Shown one piece after another: positions 37,470-49,947 of a stretch of 64,000 bases of DNA. Source of the DNA: Massalongia carnosa (lineage: Eukaryota). The notes below the pieces were generated by a model that saw only the letters and a list, made by a program, of their open reading frames with translations, was not told where the DNA came from and did no database searches. Each line of letters opens with the position of its first letter. Within the stretch, counting starts at the first letter, position 1. The position numbers and the translations under genes were made by a program. The DNA is taken from contig OZ287068.1 of the NCBI GenBank assembly GCA_965645245.1, forward strand, positions 2,356,001-2,420,000. The letters are read 5' to 3'.

Positions 37470-39371
37470 TTCGTGCCCCACACTTTCGCTCGGTCGACTC
37501 GCTTAGTGCTAGCCAGCCATACAGCCAGGACCAGCCATACAGCCAAAATCTTCAAATTTCTACCCACCACCTTTGAAAAATTCATTATCCACCACCATCA
37601 TGCCTGAATCTTATACTATAATTGAAAATCGTATTGCAAAGGCCATTGACGCCTTAAACTCACGCAAAAACGCCAAACTCAGTGCAATTGCGCGGGAATT
37701 TAATGTACCTAGAGGAAGACTTCGTTCTCGGGTCAAAGGGGTGTCATCTAAAACGAAAGTACGAGGACTGCATAATATACGTCTAAAACCCGATCAGGAG
37801 TTGGCCCTACGTCTATATCTTTTGAAACTGGATTCTTTGGACATTCCGGCTCGTCTGCATATAGTGGAAGTGGCTGCATACTCCATTCTTCGTCAAACGG
37901 CTTCCGATTCGACGCCTCCTCCTCCTCTCGGCTCGCATTGGATCAAAAGATGGCTAAAACGTCAGTCAGATCTTTACAAGGTTAAACGTAAGCCTCTAGC
38001 TGCTGAGCGCAAAAATGCGCATGATTTGGAGTTATTGATGGGGCATTTTGAAAAATATCAAGTAGTGAACAAGTATGGAATAAATCCGAAGGATCAGTGG
38101 AATTTTGATGAAACTGGGTTTCGTATTGGTATGGCACGAAGTGATTGGATAATCACAGCAGATTCTTCTCGACAATCATACAGTTCCGATCCATCAAATC
38201 GAGAATCGCTGACAGCGGTGGAGTGTATCAACGGGGCTGGTCAGGACATTCCCCCTTTTTTAATTGTGTCTGGCATCAACATCCTCGCTCCCTGGGTCAA
38301 AAACGATCTGAGCAATGATGTAGTCATTTCTACAGCTGAATCGGGCTGTACAAATGACTGGTTGAGTTTGCAATGGATCAAGCATTTCGACAAACACACT
38401 GAAAAAATAAGAGAGGGGGCTTGGAGACTTTTGATAATGGACGGTTATGGATCTCATCATACTCGAGAATTTCTAGAATATTGTGAAACGAAAAACATCA
38501 TTCCATTCGGATTACCATCTCATACCACAAATCTCTTACAACCATTGGATGTGTGTGTTTTTCAACCTCTGAAACACTGGCATTCCGAGGCCGTCAATAA
38601 AGCAATTCAGAATGGAGATCAAACCTTTTCCAAAGTCGAATTTCTGAATGCATTTAGCAAGTTTCGATCGCTGGCTTTTAAACCTTCCACCATACAGTCT
38701 GCTTGGAGAAAAACAGGCTTGATTCCGTTCAATCCAGGCATTGTTCTCGACAAAGTTCGAGAACTTCTTCCTCCCCCTCCTCGTGAATCAACTCCGTCTC
38801 ATACAGCCCCCTATCTGTACAAGAAACCCCTCGAACCGTGCGACAGTTGGCCACAGTAGCCACAGAAATCATGACGCATTCAGCTTGCTCGGATGACCTC
38901 GTACAAATTGTTAGCAAATTTGTAAAGGGAGCTGTTGCCGAGGTTCGAAAAGGCGATCTTCTGGAACAACGCTGGGAACAACAAATCAAGGCCCAAACTG
39001 CTCGGAAAGCTCGTAAACGAGAGGCCAATAAGATTCTTCATCACGGAGGCGTACTTACTGTTGGTGAGGCCCGTTCAATGGTTCGTGGTAGGGAGGAGCG
39101 GGAGGAGATAAGGGAGAAAGAGCGAAACGTCGCATGGGAAAAGCGTTATTGTACGGCTCTTACCAAAGTGGTTAGGCAGTCAAAAGCGCATAGAAAGATG
39201 CTTATGACTAGAAGCATTAATAGTCACAAAAGATGGATGATGATCATGAAGGAATTGCTGAAAAAAACCCCGATGTATGTAGAATAGTTGATTTTTGGCT
39301 GTATGGCTGGTCCTGGCTGTATGGCTGGCTAGCACTAAGCGAGTCGACCGAGCGAAAGTGTGGGGCACGAA
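37470..39371 (+). mobile_element. Fot1/pogo-type (Tc1/mariner superfamily) DNA transposon
   Basis: 79-bp perfect TIRs (37470-37548 and 39293-39371) with an internal CAGCCATACAGCCA duplication. TA TSD at 37468-37469 and 39372-39373. Confidence 0.93.
37600..39287 (+). pseudogene. Fot1/pogo transposase with a frameshift near 38805
   Basis: HTH-psq start AIAREFNVPRGRL and DDD motifs NFDETG, MDGYGSH and LQPLD. The C-terminal part (ETPRTVRQL..GGVLTVGEAR) is in another frame. Confidence 0.85.
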
Positions 39372-39758
39372 TACTCTCTGTATTCAGAATACCGTACGGA
39401 GTACTAAATATCTATTACCTCTTAAGTATTACACAAAAGATACATAGATATGCACATAACAGGTATGCGGTTACTCTGTGCAGAGTACAAAGTATTATCC
39501 ACTAAATAATACGGAATAACTACCGTAACGTGACTAGCCAGCGGATTTAAGACGGGGATATATCATCACAGCGTTAATCAATAGGCATTTACAGAGAAGG
39601 TGGTTGGACGCAATCTTGCTAAACAATCCCGATCAGGGCTAACTGTACGTAATGGATGACGATGACCTTCTCCCTCTCACCCCTTATATGCAAGCTCCTA
39701 GAGACTTGCCGGGGAACTTTGAAAGGAAGATAGAAAATAGAAACCCTAAACCCTCGCT

Positions 39759-41006
39759 ATGTCGCCCGCGCCCAAAATCGCCATTGTGGGTGGTGGACCC
39801 GCAGGCTGCACGCTCGCCCGGCTCCTCCTCAATGCGTCGATCCCCGTCACGATCTTCGAAAAGGAAGTGTCCCCCGATGTGCGCTCTCAAGGCGGCACGC
39901 TCGACTTGCACAATGCCACGGGTCTCAAAGCGCTGAGGCAAGCCGGGCTCTACAAGGAGTTCCTGAAATACGCCCGGTTCGACGGGGAAGCCTTCGCGGT
40001 GGCGGACAAGCATCTGAAAAAATACATCAGTATGGGGGGCACGACGAAAGAGACGAGTCGCGGGAGGCCCGAGATCGATCGCGAGCAGCTGCGCCGTGTG
40101 CTACTGGAAGCGCTGCCAGAGGGGGTCATCAAGTGGGGATCCCGGCTGAGCAGGGTAGATGACGACTTGGCCATGCACTTTGACCACGGGGTGGAGAAGG
40201 GCTACGACCTGATCGTCGGCGCCGACGGAGCGTGGAGCAAAGTGCGCCCGCTAGTCTCGTCCGCGCAACCGGTCTATTGCGGCCTCAGCGGGCTCGAGCT
40301 GACAATCGACGAGGTGGAGAAGCACCACCCGGACCTGCACCGGCTCGTGAACCGCGGCTCGCTGTTCGCATACTCGGACGGCAAGTTCATCGGCGCGCAG
40401 CAGAAAGGCGACCGGAGCCTCATTGTGCACGTATGGAGCCTTCGCGATGAGGGCTGGCCCAAGACGCACGGCCCCGCCGCCCGGAGCGCCGCCGACGTGA
40501 AACGGTCCATCCTCGAGGACTACGACGGATGGGCGGCCCCCTTGCTCTATCTTACGCAGGCCGCCAACGAGAAGGACATGGTGGCGCGCGGGCTGTACGA
40601 GTTGCCGGTGGGTCATCGCTGGGAGCACCGGCCCGGCGTCACGCTGATCGGCGACGCGGCCCATCTCGCCACCCCGTTTGCCGGCGAGGGCGTCAATATC
40701 GCCATGGAGGATGCATTGAAGCTTGCGCACGTGATAATCGCCGCCGCCGCCGCTGTTGAGGGTTTTCCTTCGGGCTCGTCGATCGACGCGCGCCTGCGGG
40801 CTTTCGAGGAAGATATGTTTCGCCGCGGGGAGGCGGTGCAAGCGCGTTCCCGGGGGAACATGGTGGACATGTTCTTTACGGCGGGGGCGCCGGCGACGGT
40901 GATCGATCGGTTCGTGAGACGGGCCTTGCCGCCATCGATCGCCTACTGGATGCCGTTGTGGGCGGTCAGGGTGTTGCTGTGGGCTGTGCAGCGGTTTATG
41001 GGCTGA
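39759..41006 (+). CDS. FAD-dependent monooxygenase (TetX / salicylate-hydroxylase-like), intronless
   Basis: Motifs IAIVGGGPAG, QGGTLDLH, RPEIDR, LIVGADGAWSKVR and TLIGDAAHLATPFAGEGVN; intact 415-aa ORF. Confidence 0.9.
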   Translation: MSPAPKIAIVGGGPAGCTLARLLLNASIPVTIFEKEVSPDVRSQGGTLDLHNATGLKALRQAGLYKEFLKYARFDGEAFAVADKHLKKYISMGGTTKETSRGRPEIDREQLRRVLLEALPEGVIKWGSRLSRVDDDLAMHFDHGVEKGYDLIVGADGAWSKVRPLVSSAQPVYCGLSGLELTIDEVEKHHPDLHRLVNRGSLFAYSDGKFIGAQQKGDRSLIVHVWSLRDEGWPKTHGPAARSAADVKRSILEDYDGWAAPLLYLTQAANEKDMVARGLYELPVGHRWEHRPGVTLIGDAAHLATPFAGEGVNIAMEDALKLAHVIIAAAAAVEGFPSGSSIDARLRAFEEDMFRRGEAVQARSRGNMVDMFFTAGAPATVIDRFVRRALPPSIAYWMPLWAVRVLLWAVQRFMG

Positions 41007-41503
41007 GTGGGTGGGGGTTTGAGGTTAAGGGGAATTAAGCGATGGGTATAGCTGGGTGATTGATTAGAGAGATAGGGATTTAAGGGACAGGGAGTTGATT
41101 CCACGGTTGTTGAAGAGGTGGATGCGGATAGGATAGGAGAGGATAGAATACCTCGGTAGGTAAGTATAGTGTAGACCCTGCACTAACCGAATTTTCTTTA
41201 TATTTATTTGATTTACTTAGCTAGATTCTCGAACAGAACCGAACCGAAAACTATTTCTCCCGGGGGGGAACTACATATTTCTTATCACTCATCACTTCCT
41301 CTTTCCTTCTAAACCGTCTACATCATAAAACCGTTAGCTACCTCGCAGTCCTAACCCTCCACCTTGCAGCCCCATCACCACCTCCTCCCCCAAATCTCTC
41401 TTCACCCCAGCGTCTCTAACCATCCCCCTGCCCCCCCCTCCCCTCCCCTCCAAAAAAAATCAACTCCTGAACCAGTCACTCCCCAACCCCCCGCCATCTC
41501 CCC

Positions 41504-42367
41504 CTATGGAAACCCCGTCCGGCTGTACGGACGAGCCGTCCGTGCCCGGAGCGGGAGCGGGAGCGAGACCGGCCCTCCAATCCTGATCATTTGGATGAGG
41601 TGCAGCATTCGGGGGCGCGAGGAGGGAGTAGACGAGGCTCTCTGGCGATTCGGAATCGGGAGCGAGGGGAGTTGCGCTGGCGCTGAAGAAAGAGTTGCAG
41701 CAGCCAATGTTGCCGAGAACCTGGGAGCTGGAATCGCATCTGGAGTGTTTTTAGCTAGAATTAGACCTTTCCCCGAACTGGAAGGAATTTTTGGGGGAGG
41801 GGTGCCGTACGCGGTATGTGGGGCCCACTTGTTGCCAACTTGGCAGTTGTCCAGTGCCCTACAGTAGCCGCCTATGTATAAATCGAGGTCGCGACTCCAG
41901 CTGGGATCACACGTTATGGAGACGCAGCAGCGCAGTTCACTGCTCGGGAACACTTTTTAGGTAGGTTAGGGGGCTTCTCATTAGCATGGTTTTCCGAAAA
42001 GAGTGGAAACGGAAAAACATCCCACGCTCTCTCCTCCTTTCGAAAGAGAGGAAGATCCTCCCAGGATATACTACCAAATCCACAACGTACCGACAGGCGC
42101 GAAATCCAAGATAGGTTCTCCATTCACACATCGACCCGGCGGTTGCCATTGGCCATCGAGATTTAGGCTTCCCGGCTATTTTGCAAGAAGTCAATGGAAG
42201 AGCCGTTGATATATCTTTTCAAGAGATGGGTATGCCGAGAAAGAAGTTACCAGGGAGTAATGGCATATCTCGCCTTCAATCGGCGTCTCTATGATTTTCG
42301 GCAAGGCGACTACGATGGTAAATTGTGCAGCCAAGGCTAAGTCTGTGCCGAGGATGGCAAACTTCAT
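41504..42367 (-). CDS. Possible secreted Cys-containing protein, spliced and possibly degenerate
   Basis: Signal-like MKFAILGTDLALAAQFTIVVALP at 42367. Downstream segments SCKIAG..MCEWRTYLGFRAC and LRCCVSITC..YCRALDNC are linked by a GTACGT..CTAAC..AAG intron. The first splice is unclear. Confidence 0.35.
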
Positions 42368-45300
42368 CCTTCTTCGCTTCTTGCCTTTTTCAACAGGTAA
42401 CCGAAGGATACGATCAAACCTGAGTGGGTAGGGGAAATTGGGCGTCGGATAGGGAGGGAATATATAGGTATCCAGTAGGCCCATTCAAATCTACACCCAA
42501 AAGGCGGCACAAATTAATACCGAGGACGAGGAGACGGAAGCGGACTTGGACTTACCTTAAGAGTTTCCAAAACCAAGCTTCGTGACTGACGAACGAGGGA
42601 AAAATCCGCATACCTGCCTTGCTTCATCTTTAGGGTACGAGCCATATGAAGAGGTTGCGAAGCTTGGCATTGGATTTCATTAGCGCGAGGTACGTTGTGA
42701 TCCTGCCATCTTGCTTCTGGCTTTGTTCCCATATGAGGTTCCTAGGAAAATACGGAAGAAGAAAAGAGCGAAACATGTTTCAAGCCCATGCCGGCCGCTG
42801 CCAAGGCGGATCCTCAGGCGATTTCCCCCAACAGCCAAAATAGGACCAAGGGCGGGATAGCGAACGTCCTCCCGCGTGCAAAACTTGCTAGTAGGATCGC
42901 TTAACGAGGATGAAATGGAGAGAAACACTAGAAGCCAGAGCCTGATGGTAAGAGAAGGACTTCAATTTGAAATCGTCGAAAGATGACCGGGCAAGGATTT
43001 TCACTATTTAAGTCACAGTTTCCGTCAGTATGGCTTATAGCACACTTCACAACAAGGTTTTTTCGAGCGCGACATTTGGAGCTATTGAAAAACAGCATTG
43101 AATAGCTCAAGCAGTTTTCGTCATTTTAGTTTGATTTTCCGAAGTGATTCTGCGCGTCTCAATTATTCTTTCTGGATATTTGGCCCTAGCGTCTTCAACT
43201 TCGAATGACAGACGAGAAGTCGAGTGTCGGTAGTTTCACCAAAGCAGATTTACCAGAGCCAAACCGTTTCCAGCCAGCGTTCCCTCATAGCATTGCTCCT
43301 AAAAGAAACACGCTCGGAATGCAAGTCATGGGAGGCTCCAACTCACGAATTCGGCTACAATTGAAAGTTTTGCAACATGGTAGAGAACTAACAAGCTAAC
43401 ATAAATAGGTATTCAATGAGTCTTGAAAACTGAAGAGGAAGCAAAATTTTCGGATACACCATGGCAATCAGTCCGATGCGGCAAGGCAGCCGTATCTATG
43501 CAGGATCTGACCACGCAGGCAAAGCCACATTGGAGGAGGAGCGCTTGGCCTGGCCAGGGCTAGCAAGACGGTGGCGCGTCTCCCAAGTGTGGAGTTGTAG
43601 TGCTATCGCAAAGGAGAGTCGGGTTACGGCTGAAGGCGCTGGCCGGGTAAATGATAGGATATAATTGATGAAGGCGAGCACGTTGATATCAGCGAGATAT
43701 GCCCCTTGCCAGTCTTGTGCAGGTCCCACGCGTGTAGTTCGAGGATATGCCCCCGCTGCAATATTGAGAAATTCTAACTCGATTATAAGCCACTAACGAC
43801 CTGATTTGGCGCAGGAGTTCAGTATGATGAGCCAGCCGGCGGGGCATTTAGCACGCTTACTTCTTTAAAGCCTCGGAGATAGCTGAAAGCCTTGAGCATA
43901 TCTACGGATGCTACGTCTCGGAAAACGACAGGTAAGAGCTCCAAGCCAAGAATCTCTCTTGCCCTCAATGGACTCAGAACAACACATAGGGCAGATCATG
44001 GCAGCCACACGGGCGATCTGACCTTTGTTGCCATAGCTGGTCCATCTACAACTAGCAGTCATTATGTTTTTCCCGCTTCGTGGCCTACGAGAATACCATC
44101 CGCTTGGGATCCCCAACGCTATCAATCGAGCAGACTATGGCTGTTTGCTATTGATAATAGGTTTTGTTTGCTGACGATCGGCATGATTATTGCGTCCTTC
44201 GTTATTGAGCGCTCGGTGGCCATCAGAATGGTACCGCTCTCGCCGAATTCCGCCAAGCTTGGAAATGCCACAATGGATTTTTTGGGTAAGATTTTGAACG
44301 CAGGCTGGTTCCCGGAGAACTGAACCCTAGGCTACATCTCCCGAAAGCTCATTCCAAAGCCTGCCTTATTTGAAAGAGACTGTTGTCCGGATGTTACCGG
44401 TAACGCTACGTCGTGAATCTGCAGGATGACACGCAGAAGTGACATCTGATAGTATAAAATATGATCGCTACCCATCACGTTAGTACGAACAGTTCTGACC
44501 AGTGACTATTGTAGCTAAGCTCATGGCTATGGACATTGAAGGGGAATTGTATAGGAGTATTTCAAAATGTATTCTTGCTGGAGAACTCGTCAATAAATAT
44601 TATCCCTTAGTTCTACTGGGAATCCCAGGAAGTCGAAAGTTTCCATACCAACCCCAAGCACGCTCTGTAACTTTTCGAGCCATTAATATGATGGTCTGGT
44701 AAGTATGAATAGGGCTGCTGGACTTGATTTCCTTCTACTGATCTCATGGCAGCTACTACTCCTCCGTCTTTAGGAGGTAAGCAGAAACTAAATTTTGGGT
44801 TTTGGGAATGAAGCCAAAGCCCTGTTTCGCTTGTTGGGTGCTAAGCTCATTATCACGATAGGAAATATAGAACCATGTTCTTGAAAGGATAACTACAGAG
44901 TTTAAATCCAATAAAGCCGGTCGAGTTCTCAAGAGAACAAAAGAGCAGCACGCACCCTTTCAACGGATAGCTTAATGGAAAAACAAAACCTAGACAAGTC
45001 TTAATGATTGAGAAGACTCATCGGGAAATACATTCTCCCAAACGAAAATTTTCATCCGGCTGAGGAGATAGCAAGGTGACGGATGTATGTGCTCGCCACG
45101 CATTTGTCTTAGACTTTTCTCTCCGTACAGCCCCTCGCTCCCCGCTTTATATGTAGATTTTTTTCTCCATTCTCAAGTCAAGACTGGTCGCCGATCAAGC
45201 GTGGTCTTGCCACGTCGGAAGCGGTAAAGCATAAGAGTTATATTGCTTGTTTTTATCCGAGCATGAACTCTCTGATGCTGGAGAAAAGATTCTATGTAGA

Positions 45301-45714
45301 CGATAATTAGCGAGCGAGATTGGTCCAGGGGAAAAATAAAATTCATTGCGAGGTACGCCGAACCGGCGGACGGATCGAGATCTACCTAGTCATTTGGTTC
45401 TCCTAACTAAATTCTGGGAAAGCCTGACCGAAACTTGGCCGAGATTTCGGCCTTTTTTTTATGGGGAAAGAAAATCGCAATGGATAAAGACTTTACATAT
45501 ATAAAGTAGCCTGGACGTGAAAATTGAGATCGTGTCTCAAGAAAAATTTTCATTACTTTCTGTTGAAGGTTATTTCTTGTATGTCAGCTGGGTTGTTTCC
45601 AAAAGCTCGTCCACAAATTCTATCTGCTCTACTCCGCTCTGTGCACACGCATCCTCAACGCACTATACACTCTTTCAACAGTCCCCTCCCTCCCCTACCT
45701 CGTGACACCGACAG

Positions 45715-47561
45715 ATGGACAAACCTAGCGAACCCAGTCGGTACTCGCAAAAGCCATCCCTAAATCTGGAGAATATAAATCGAGAAACAAAGCTAGAGCC
45801 AGGGACTCCGACCTCCCATGAGGTGGCTTTGGTGAGAGAAAAGTAGGATGAGTCAGAGATTTCAGATGGCTTGGGTTTATCGCGGATGGTATTCATCGTG
45901 GTTGTGCTGATTCTCAGCATCTTCATGGTGCGTTTGTAACGTCCTCTTCATAGGCTCTCGCTGTACTAACTGTTGACCCAGGTATCTCTCGATATGGTAA
46001 GGCAATGATCATGGTTTCCAAAGACAGCGTAGTGGTCTTAGGATTTAGCTGACAACACGGTGTCAGATCATAGTAGCGACAGCAATACCCAAGATAACAG
46101 ATCAATTCCGTGGGCTAAACATGGTCGGATGGTACGGCTCGGCCTTTTTCCTGACTCTAGCCTCATTTCAATCAACGTGAGGCAAAGCCTTTAATTACTT
46201 TCATTTAAAGCCGACATTCCTGATGTCCATGTTTATTTTCGAGCTTGGAAGTCTTTGCGGTGAGAATTCGTCAGTCTTTTAGTTTGTGCACGCGTGACAA
46301 ATTGGTTCTAAAACAGGAGGTAGGAGTCGCAAGAAACAGCACCGCGCTCGTCGTTGGGAGGGCTGTCGCTGGCGTTGGCGGCGCTGGGATAGCTTCTGGG
46401 GCGTACACCATCATCGCCTTCGCCGCAAAACCAAGCCAAAGACCAGCATTCACTGGGATTCTTCGGGGTTCATACGGTGTGGCCAGCGTCGTGGGACCAA
46501 TACTTGGGGGGGTGTTTACCGACAAACTGAGTTGGCGGTGGTGCTTCTATATAAACCTGCCCATCGGTGCAGCTTCAGCAGCTGTCATACTTCTCTACTT
46601 TAAGACGCCAAGAGCCGCGGCGCCGGTCAAGGCAAGCCTGAAAGAAAAATTCCTGCAGATGGACTTGATTGGGACCTTTGTCATTATGGCTGCAGTTATT
46701 TATTATCTCCTTGCACTTTAATGGGGCGGAGTAGAAAGGAAATGGAGCTCTCAAGGTGTAATTGGTACATTGTTCGCTTTCGGCATTCTCGCAATCATCT
46801 TTATCGTCGTTGTATGGAAGCAAGGCGAACGAGCACTCATAGTTGGACGATTCCTCGGCCAACAGACCATCCTCGTCAGAGCATTTTACGTATTTTTCCT
46901 AGATAGCGCTTTTTCCATTTTGCCCTACTACATTCCTATCTATTTCCAAGCAGTTAGCAGTGTGAGCGCCGCCGCAAGCAGAATCCGAAATCTGGCTCTT
47001 ATCCTCGCAGTCTCATTTTATACGATCGCCTCGGGGGGGCTCATTACGATGTATGGTCATTTCGTGCCGTTGATTATTTGTGAGGCAATTCTAACGACAG
47101 TCGGGACCGGCTTGATCTCCACGCTTGATTTGACATCGCCGTCTTCGATGTGGATCGCTTAGCAGATCTTGGCGGGAATTGGAATTGGGTTATGCGCCCA
47201 AGTGCCCATCATTGCCAGTGAGGCTGTAGTTAAGCCGTCCGACATTTCTTCAGCGACAGCCATGATCTTATTTTTCCAGACCATTGGCGGAGCGTTCTTC
47301 GTCTCAGCCGCTCAGAGTGCCTTCACCAACCGGCTCACCGACACTCTTGCAACTAATACTCTATCCATCAATGCGGCCCAAGTTATTGTCACTGGTGTTG
47401 GAGAACTTCGTTCTGTCTTCCCGAGCGATGTTATCCCCGGTCTCCTTCGTTCGTACCTGAGTGGCATACATGCATCATTTATCATCGCGATTTTAGCAGC
47501 GGCTATAGCAACAGTTGTGAGCTTCTTTAGCGACTGGCGGACTATTAAAGTGGTAATGTAG
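45715..47561 (+). pseudogene. MFS DHA2-type (AflT/GliA-like) efflux transporter pseudogene
   Basis: Motifs [42 protein letters not shown] and FFQTIGGA. In-frame stops at EK*DE, ST*GK, LAL*WGG and WIA*QI, plus a frameshift. Confidence 0.85.
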
Positions 47562-47748
47562 GGTGAAGAACTTATCGCTAAATGAAAAATGGCATCCGGA
47601 TTGTTGTCACGCTGTGATGAGCGGAAGATAGGATTTAATCTGCGTGTCAAAGCCTACCTATTTGCCCAGATACCTAAGTTACACTTGTTTATGTGACCAA
47701 AAATATTCAGGAAATGGTTGGAGCTTAAAAGTAGCAGCTATTATAATG

Positions 47749-49778
47749 ATGATGATGATGATTCTTATTCCGATGTGGTACCGGCCGAAGGCCGGCCCAT
47801 GCGGGCGAGTCTATCTAGTTTTATAGTACATGGAAAACTTTTTGAGGAAGAAAAACCATGCAATCCTGTGTCCGGCCGAGTACCCTACGGGTCCTAGCCG
47901 TGTGCTCCATGAAAAAACCTTTGACCTAAGACAAGTATGAAAAATGAAACAAAGCATGCCTACTGTTAGCAGTATAGATGCTGTGCTGTCAGCGAAAATT
48001 GTGACAACAAACCTGTCTTCATTAGCCACTTTGTGACTAATTTCATTGCTTTAGATGACTCAGTGATTAATCGATAGTTGTTTGTGCCTATCGTATTTAG
48101 CAGAGTTTTTCTGTCGTCGTTGAGCTTGCAAAACATGATCACATGTTTTGCAGTCTGTTTGTGCCAGCCACATGAGCAGTTTGGGGACGAGACGTCTGGG
48201 ACTCGGTGTCTATGTAGGAAGGCGGCTAGGCCTATCTTTTCTGAGCGTATCTGAATGGCTAGCGCGCTCTCCGCTTTGGCTAGAGTTTCGTGCAATTTTA
48301 TGCGTTTTTTGGAGAGTGAACCTGATTGTGCCGGGGTGGGAACGGGTGTGCGTTCCTGATATGATCTCCACGAGGCCTGCCATGCAACTGTGTGTCGTTT
48401 TTTGATTTGAGCAGTTATTTTGTTATGAGCGGCGCGTGCCTCCCCTATTTCTCGGGTGAGATTTGGGGGGGATTCGGCCCATGGTGGATTTGGTGTCGGT
48501 GTTGGAGGGTTATGTGCCTCCGATGTGATTCTCTTGGCCCAGGCGTATTTCAGCGTTCCTGAAGTGATGACTGGGGCCCTCTTGCGTCCTGCCCGACCTC
48601 GAAGTTTATTGGCTATTTTGTTGCATGCATTTGTGATGAAACTCTTTTGACCAGTTCGACACAGGCGTTGTCTAGTCTAGGCCTGTAGTTGATCTAAATG
48701 TATGTCAATTGAGGCTATAAATGTCTCTGCTTCTAGTACAGCTATGGGCGTTGCTTTGAAGGCTCCGGCTATGTTTCTTAAACATTTGTTTTGTATGACA
48801 GCCAGTTTGTTTGAGATGACGTTTGATTTTTGAATTTCTTTTGGCATGTGCCAAATGGTGGAGCCGTACGTCATGGCCGGCCTGACTACGGCGGTGTAAA
48901 CCTGGCGTGCCTTTAGAAGAGTGGCGCCCCATGTGGAGGTGGATATTTTTGTCAATGCCCTGGATTGTTTTGTCATTTTTTCCTGGATTTTCCTTGTGTG
49001 AGCACCCCATTTCATTTTTGAATCGATTTGAAGTCCTAGAATTCTGATGTCTGTCTTTGGTTTTATGATGTTATTTCCTATTTGAATAACAGTGAACATG
49101 TTGAATTTCTTCGGATTTCTTGACAGATGTATCAATTCGTATTTCTTCGGAGCGAAGACTGAACCATGTCGACTTGCCCATTTTTCACATTTTTGTGAAT
49201 TACCTCTAGCGTCTTGCACTTTTCTTCGGTGCTTTTTCCGTATGCTAGCACATTGATGTCATCTACGAAGCCTAGAGCACTCGTGTTGCTGCCTGGTCTT
49301 TCACATATGTCTAGTAGGTCTGCATTGTAGAACAGATAAAGAATAGGAGAAATGGGAGAGCCTTGTGGGATTCCGGTTTTTACATCGAATATGCCCGTGA
49401 CTCGGCTGTGAATCGCCAGGGTAGTGCTTCTTTCATTCAGAAAACTGTTCACCCAGTCAGTGATCCATTTTGGGATTTTCCTTTTGCGAAGATTGTGAAT
49501 CAGTCTTCGATGTGTCACTGTGTCATAGGCTCCTGCTACGTCCATGCTCAATAATGTAGCTACTTTGTCTGTGCCTTGGCCCCACACTGTATAAATTTGT
49601 TCAGTCAACAATTTTAGTGCAGATTCGGTTGATCTTCCTCGTCTGGCGCCCATCTGGGTGTCGGGCAGGAGTCGGTGGGTTTCCGCTAGATGGGTTATTT
49701 TTTGTGATATGATAGATTCCATTACTTTTCCAAGCGTGTTTAGGAGTGCTATGGGTCGATAGGCGTTCGGGGCCGAAT
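47749..49778 (-). mobile_element. 5'-truncated Tad-like LINE (RT plus C-terminal zinc knuckle), disrupted
   Basis: RT motifs PIALLNTLGK, DVAGAYD, GIPQGSPISPILY and GFVDD. Frameshift near 49190 and stop at 48677. Zinc knuckle CSCGWHKQTAKHVIMFC and an (ATC)n tail. TSD GCAGCTATTATAATG at 47734-47748 and 49779-49793. Confidence 0.92.
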
Positions 49779-49947
49779 GCAGCTATTATAATGTTTTGTT
49801 GCAAAGAACGCCTTTTCTAATGAGTTTACGAAAATTCATCCGCTGACGTAGCTCAATCCTTTTTTAAACTCTTCCTCATAATCTCTCTTCAAGCAGGAAA
49901 TTCCAGTTATCCCCAACATTTTGATCAGATTCAAAAAGGTTTGGAAA

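Noticed and set aside
43400..44330. Coding-like remnant
   Set aside because: No consistent frame or motif could be recognised.
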